NCBI GenBank assembly: GCA_049424145.1
Contig: JBMSSC010000091.1
Location: 1-11,195 of the forward strand
Origin: Bdellovibrionia bacterium
Lineage (GTDB): Bacteria; Bdellovibrionota; UBA1018
DNA: 11,195 bases
Direction: 5' to 3'
Under the pieces are notes generated by a model, which was not told the origin of the DNA, did not search any database, and worked only from the letters and a program-made list of their open reading frames with translations. Position 1 is the stretch's first letter; every line of letters starts with the position of its first letter. Shown piece by piece: positions 6,682-11,195 of this stretch. The translations under genes were made by a program, and so were the position numbers.

Positions 6682-8250
6682 GTGCTTCCGTTTTTTCTCA
6701 TCCTTATCCTCCTATTTCAGGCGTCCACCCTAGGGCTGAGTGACGACGAGGCCTACTATTGGGTGTTGTCGCAGAAGCTATCGTGGTCCTATGCGTTTCA
6801 CCCGCCCGCCGTGGCAGCATTCATCGCGGGGGCTCAAAACTTACTAGGCTGGTTCTTAGGCTCCCATTCGGAAGTCGTCGCTAGGCTTCCTGCCGTACTG
6901 TGTTCAGGAGCCGTCTTGGGGCTGAGTTTAAAATGGCTCGGGCAAGTTCGAGCTTGGGGCCTTTTTACTCCCGTGGAAACGCCTTGTGCGATGTTCCCTT
7001 CGCAAGAAGAGTGGGATTGGAAAGCCCAGAGGATCCCAGCCAGTATCCTTCTTTCGTTCTGGGGCTTTTTCTCCTTGTCTTGGATGATGGTGCCGGATCT
7101 TCCGTTATTCTTAGGCTGGATGCTGCTGTTTACGGAAGCATCCCAGGTGTGTTTGCGTGAGCCCAAGCCCTGGAGTGGATTGACGTTGGCCCTAGGTGCT
7201 GGGCTGGTGTTGAATTCCAAGTACTCAGGGGTGCTAGCCGTGATGTCCTGTGGGCTCTCCCTAGTGCTTTTAGCGAAAACCTCCGCGCGGCGTTTTCTGC
7301 TCGGGTGCTTGGGCCTAGGATCCCTCTTAGGCGTTCTGCCGGTTCTGATCTGGAATGCCAGTCATGAGTGGGCTTCGATTCTCTATCAGATTCGGGATCG
7401 ACATGAGGGCGGAGGCATCTCTTGGATTCGATACCTGAGGTTTTGGGGAGCGGAGCTCGTGTTTGCAGGCCCCGGCGTGATCGTTTCAGCCTTGCTTTTG
7501 AGTGTGAGGCCAGTGAAGTCGATGTGTCTTGGGCTCTTAAAACACCGTGCGCTTCCCAGAACAGTGGAGACGTATCTTTTTCTCTGGCTTTTTCCTGCCC
7601 TCCTGGTCTTTGGCATTCAGCCTCTGTTTTCAGAGTTTAAAGCCCACTGGGCGTTCATTGCCTGGTGGCCCGGCGTGTTGGCTTTGGCCCTGCAGTCAGT
7701 CCGTTTGAACTCAAGACGTCCTCAGTGGCTTTTTGCAGGGATGGCTGTTCAAGTGGTCTATGGACTCCTGCTTTTCATCTTCATTTCCGTAAGCCTTCAC
7801 ACACCGTGGATCACTCGTGTCGCGCAGTTCTTGGTCTCCCCCTCCTCCGCCGTGGATCCTCGTTGGGATGTGACCCATGATTTTTACGGCTGGAACCAGC
7901 TTCAGGAGCATCTGGAGCAAACACTCACGGCGGAGCAAAAAAAGCTTCCTGTGATCGGAAGTCGGTATCAGACAGCCTCTCAGGCTTGGTTTTACCTTCC
8001 TCATCATCGGGTGACGTTTTTACCCCGAAGCTTAAAAGAAATGGATGAGTGGCCTGATCTTAAAGTCTCCCAAGGTCAGGGCCCTCAGTGGCCCCGGCTT
8101 ACCCAGGAAGTCCTGTTTGTGGCGGATCATCGCTACTCTCAGGGCCCTCAGTTTCAGAACGCGAAGTGTGAGACGCTCACTCGATTGACGGCCTTTCGAG
8201 AGAACCTAGTTGCTAAGTGGATTGATGTTTGGATCTGTAGGCCCCTCTGA
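6682..8250 (+). CDS. ArnT/PMT_2-like (GT-C fold) polyprenyl-phosphate-sugar-dependent glycosyltransferase
   Basis: Motifs DDEAYYW..S..L.WSY.FHPP, ARLP, PDLPL, SKYSG and P.LIWN..H.W.S..YQ. About 11-13 TM segments plus a C-terminal soluble domain. Start is uncertain: GTG 6682 (4 nt after the peptidase stop) or GTG 6649. Confidence 0.8.
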   Translation: MLPFFLILILLFQASTLGLSDDEAYYWVLSQKLSWSYAFHPPAVAAFIAGAQNLLGWFLGSHSEVVARLPAVLCSGAVLGLSLKWLGQVRAWGLFTPVETPCAMFPSQEEWDWKAQRIPASILLSFWGFFSLSWMMVPDLPLFLGWMLLFTEASQVCLREPKPWSGLTLALGAGLVLNSKYSGVLAVMSCGLSLVLLAKTSARRFLLGCLGLGSLLGVLPVLIWNASHEWASILYQIRDRHEGGGISWIRYLRFWGAELVFAGPGVIVSALLLSVRPVKSMCLGLLKHRALPRTVETYLFLWLFPALLVFGIQPLFSEFKAHWAFIAWWPGVLALALQSVRLNSRRPQWLFAGMAVQVVYGLLLFIFISVSLHTPWITRVAQFLVSPSSAVDPRWDVTHDFYGWNQLQEHLEQTLTAEQKKLPVIGSRYQTASQAWFYLPHHRVTFLPRSLKEMDEWPDLKVSQGQGPQWPRLTQEVLFVADHRYSQGPQFQNAKCETLTRLTAFRENLVAKWIDVWICRPL

Positions 8251-9267
8251 AGTGGAGTTGGGGATGACTTGAACCAAATCATTTCGGATCCAACCCACAT
8301 CACTCATGACCCCGTTTTGCTGAAGGGCGATTCGAAACCATCGGTCCTTCCAATCGGCCACCACGTACTGCAGATTGGGATTGGCCATTCCTTTCACGGG
8401 ATAATTTAAGCCAGGCCCTTCATGGAGGATCACGCGCTTGGCGCGAGGTTGGACTTGCAGCAAGTGGGCTGCGGGGGCGAGCGCGTTTTTCATGGCCGGT
8501 GGCTTAATAGGTGCCATGGCACTTTCTTGGAGTTGATCGGTGATCAGGGCGGAGTTGAGTTTCGAATGAAACGCAAGCCGTTCTTCGGTCACTAAAGACG
8601 GTTCATGGCTGGCTTCCTCGAGTCGTTGGCGAGGAAGGAGGGCGGGAGTGTCCTCACGGGGAGCCGTCTTGAGATTGGTGTTCATTGAAAGCGCGGTTCG
8701 CTTGTTCGCAGACACTTCGGCTGAGTTGTCTTTGACCTTCTGATATAGAGAGGTTCCTTGAAGAGCTAAATAGAGGCCTGAGCTCACGGTGGCAACTGCT
8801 GTGAGTGAGAGGCCTAAAACCCAAGGTTTTCGATCCTTCTCAGGTAGCTCGGGCAGCGTGGAGTTCTCAAGCAGCGCCTCAGCCTGGGCGTCTTGCTCGT
8901 TGAGGCGATCAAACTTTTGAATGGGATTAGGTGAGGCGGAGTTGAGAGGAGCCGGGGTGCGAGTCTCATGGGCTTGACGGGCGGGCCTTACAATCGGCTT
9001 ATCCGCCTTGAGTTTGTTGGGATTGTGCCTGGCTAACTTTTGAGAGGCCTCTTCGCTGAGCATGCCGGCGCTGAAATCGGTTCCTGCCTCAGGGAGAATC
9101 ACTTTTTCGCCTTGGGGTGCTTTATCCACCTTGATGATATTGACTTCTGCTCGTCGGATGAGTGCAAATCCCCCGCACTTATAACAGCGCGAGAAAGACC
9201 AGCCTGCGTTTAAGGTATCGTAGGGCACCGCTAAGGTCACACCACAGTGAGGGCAGCTCCATTGCAT
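8206..9267 (-). CDS. Zinc-ribbon (MJ0042-like) / single TM / C-terminal SH3b-like protein
   Basis: N-terminal CPHC-x19-CYKC, a Pro/charged linker, a TM segment WVLGLSLTAVATVSSGLYLAL (~149-169) and a C-terminal LHEGPGLNYPV......WFRI......GWIRNDLV matching the bacterial SH3_3 pattern. SD AGGAG at 9281-9277. Its 3' end overlaps the convergent glycosyltransferase by 45 bp. Confidence 0.8.
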   Translation of the reverse strand: MQWSCPHCGVTLAVPYDTLNAGWSFSRCYKCGGFALIRRAEVNIIKVDKAPQGEKVILPEAGTDFSAGMLSEEASQKLARHNPNKLKADKPIVRPARQAHETRTPAPLNSASPNPIQKFDRLNEQDAQAEALLENSTLPELPEKDRKPWVLGLSLTAVATVSSGLYLALQGTSLYQKVKDNSAEVSANKRTALSMNTNLKTAPREDTPALLPRQRLEEASHEPSLVTEERLAFHSKLNSALITDQLQESAMAPIKPPAMKNALAPAAHLLQVQPRAKRVILHEGPGLNYPVKGMANPNLQYVVADWKDRWFRIALQQNGVMSDVGWIRNDLVQVIPNSTSEGPTDPNINPLSN

Positions 9268-9330
9268 GGTTTGTCTCTCCTAATCTTCTGGATTTCTGAT
9301 TCTAGGATTTCAGCTTCTCTCAGTTCAGTC

Positions 9331-9373
9331 AATAGGTAGTGTTTACCTATTTTTTTAATTTTAAATAGGTAAA
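9331..9373. promoter_or_regulatory. Three alternating-orientation AATAGGTA boxes upstream of the Zn-ribbon/SH3 gene
   Basis: AATAGGTA 9331-9338, TACCTATT 9344-9351 and AATAGGTA 9364-9371 in an AT-rich intergenic region. The second pair extends to an 11-bp inverted repeat (9342-9352 with 9363-9373). The regulatory role is inferred. Confidence 0.45.
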
Positions 9374-9508
9374 AATTTGCAAGTTTTAATCAATTTTAAT
9401 CCTGCGTCCACTTTCTGAAGGGTTTTTCAGATGCGTCCCAAAAAATGAAGTTTTGAAAACGAAGGGAGAGAGGACGAATGAGAACGGATCAAGATCAGCC
9501 GTGATTTT

Positions 9509-10540
9509 CTACTTCTGGGGAGCGGGGCTTGAGGGCAGAGGCGAGGCCAGGGGCTTTGGCTCTTTTGGAGTGGGGAGACTTGGTTCATGCGTGGCTGCGG
9601 ACTCAGGAAAAGGAATGGCATCCACCTCGGGATCCAGAATGCGAAGCACGACGCGTCGGTTTTGAGCAAGCTGGGCCTCCTGTGTCGTGGGCGAGTCAAA
9701 ACTCTGAAGCAGTGGAGTCGTAGCGAGTTTTCTGTTTGTCTGTGGGTCAGAGCTCTGCGGGTCTTTTGGGGGCGCTTCCGATGAGGACGTTTTGGACTGG
9801 CTTGTTTTCTTGAGCTCAGGATCCAAAGCTTGAGCCTGAGGCATCTTGGATGGATCAGACGCATGAGACGCTTGGGAGCTTGGGGTGGGAGCAGTGACCT
9901 CAAGTTTGGGATAAGTGTCGGCATAGCCAATGGCCGTGAGCTGATGGGGTGTGAAGCCTTTGGCTAAAAACATTCGGACCACCCGTGAGGCTCGGGCTCC
10001 GGAGAGCTCCCAATTGCTGGGATAAACCCCACCCATGATGGGTCGACTATCGGTGTGACCCTCAACGATGATCTTATAAGTGCGTTGAGCCGTTTTTTGT
10101 TTTTGCGCGATGGACTCGATGAGCTGCTCGAGGATGATTTTGCCTTGATGGGTGACCTCAGCACTGAGCGTATCAAAGAAGACGGTGGACTGAAAAACAA
10201 TGGCAATGCCGTTGAAGTCCACTGTGACTGAGGCTTCATGGTGCTGGGCGAGCTCTTTTTTTAGTTCAGCAGCCACCTTTTGCATCTCAACATTGCTTGG
10301 GACGTAATCGGCCTTAAACTGCTTGGAGAGCTCCTTTTTGAAGCCGTCATACTTGGCGGAGTCCATTTTTGCCATACTAAAGAGCATGATAAAAAATCCG
10401 CACAGCAGGGTCATCATGTCTGCATAGGAGATAAGCCAGTTGGATTCGTCGTGAGGCTGAGTTGAATGAGAGGACTCGCTTTTGGGTTGCTCCTTGGCCG
10501 GATCTTCATTGAGATTGCGATTCGTCTTAAACTTAGCCAT
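9509..10540 (-). CDS. motB: Stator B subunit (MotB/PomB family) with OmpA-like peptidoglycan-binding domain
   Basis: TM WLISYADMMTLLCGFFIMLFS with the conserved Asp41. Motifs VEGHTD, SNWELSGARA, GYADTYP and NRRV. Starts 10 bp after the motA stop. Confidence 0.93.
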   Translation of the reverse strand: MAKFKTNRNLNEDPAKEQPKSESSHSTQPHDESNWLISYADMMTLLCGFFIMLFSMAKMDSAKYDGFKKELSKQFKADYVPSNVEMQKVAAELKKELAQHHEASVTVDFNGIAIVFQSTVFFDTLSAEVTHQGKIILEQLIESIAQKQKTAQRTYKIIVEGHTDSRPIMGGVYPSNWELSGARASRVVRMFLAKGFTPHQLTAIGYADTYPKLEVTAPTPSSQASHASDPSKMPQAQALDPELKKTSQSKTSSSEAPPKDPQSSDPQTNRKLATTPLLQSFDSPTTQEAQLAQNRRVVLRILDPEVDAIPFPESAATHEPSLPTPKEPKPLASPLPSSPAPQK

Positions 10541-10550
10541 AGGTTTTCAG

Positions 10551-11195
10551 TTACGCAGCTTTTCTTAAAACCCGGTACTTGGGCAGTAAGTAGGAGTTCA
10601 GTCTCTCGCGCATGGTGATGGGGTTGACTTGAGATTTTAAAAGCAGCACGCCTTCCATGATCATGCGTCTGAGCATGATTTCTTCTTGGGTCCTCTCGGT
10701 GAGATTCTCAGCGATGGGAAGGAAGATCAAATTAGCCAGGCTAATGCCGTAAAGGGTTCCGATCAAACCAATGGACATGGCAGGACCAATGAGTTTTTGG
10801 CTATCGGGCTGACCGATCTTCTGGAGTAAGGCAATCATTCCCAGGGTGGTTGCAAGAAGCCCAAAAGCAGGGGGATATTTCCCAATGGTTCGAAACATGT
10901 TGGCCTCATGCATGAGTTTGGTCTCAGTGGTTTTCAAACGCTGCTCGAGAGTAGCGCGGATTTCAGCCTCAGTGAGCACTCCATTGGCAACGAGACTGGC
11001 TGCTTCTCTTAAGAACTCATGCTTAAGGCTCGGGATGTACTCGCTAATGGCCCCAATTCCCAGACTCGATTTCTTATGAAGCTCCAAGATCTGATTAATC
11101 ACCTCTTTGTAATTCTTATGGTGGCGACCCAAGAATCGCATCACAAAAACTTGAAGGAGGCTTAAGATCTCCGTAATCGGAAAGCTAATGCTAGC
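10551..11195 (-). CDS. motA: Stator A subunit (MotA/PomA family), 5'-truncated by the window edge
   Basis: The frame is open to base 11195 (ASISFPITEILSLLQVFVMRF...). Motifs YPPAFGLLATTLGMI, IGPAMSIGLIGTLYG, ANLIFLPIAENL and EGVLLL....NP. Directly upstream of motB. Confidence 0.93.
   Translation of the reverse strand, partial: ASISFPITEILSLLQVFVMRFLGRHHKNYKEVINQILELHKKSSLGIGAISEYIPSLKHEFLREAASLVANGVLTEAEIRATLEQRLKTTETKLMHEANMFRTIGKYPPAFGLLATTLGMIALLQKIGQPDSQKLIGPAMSIGLIGTLYGISLANLIFLPIAENLTERTQEEIMLRRMIMEGVLLLKSQVNPITMRERLNSYLLPKYRVLRKAA

Noticed and set aside
9427..9930. 167-aa alternative-frame ORF overlapping the motB 3' half (possible frameshift product or overprinted gene)
   Set aside because: MotB's own frame is continuous through NRRV to its stop. 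The alternative product is Arg/Pro/Leu-rich with no motif, as expected from a shifted low-complexity region.
434..11079. Remaining short track ORFs nested in or antisense to the main genes (e.g. 659..892, 2683..3102, 3526..3816, 6834..7220, 10846..11079)
   Set aside because: Shadow frames of well-supported genes with no recognisable motifs.
9509..11195. Zorya (ZorAB) anti-phage system
   Set aside because: MotA ends right after the normal cytoplasmic domain with no long ZorA tail, MotB has the classic stator WxxSYAD motif, and no zorC/D/E follows.

Overview
Chromosomal window from a diderm bacterium. Bdellovibrionota/deltaproteobacteria-like affinity is my inference from protein styles, not a verified assignment. 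In order it contains: (1) a 5'-truncated KimA/YdaO-like APC transporter (+); (2) a ~1 kb decayed, partly AT-rich segment (1678-2714) with a perfect 12-bp hairpin, a 35-codon type IV prepilin-like stub and a disrupted outer-membrane beta-barrel gene, which the ORF track misses or only partly shows; (3) trmFO and an EamA/DMT transporter (-); (4) a divergent envelope cluster of DedA, an exported MpaA-like M14 Zn-peptidase and an ArnT/PMT-like glycosyltransferase (+); (5) on the minus strand, motA (partial), motB and a zinc-ribbon/TM/SH3b protein. The best candidate for an undescribed system is this atypical stator locus. MotB has an ~82-aa low-complexity loop inside its peptidoglycan-binding domain and Met at the ion-selectivity position. 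MotA lacks the canonical rotor-contacting Arg. A Zn-ribbon-TM-SH3b membrane protein follows the pair. No RNA genes, CRISPR arrays or transposases were seen.
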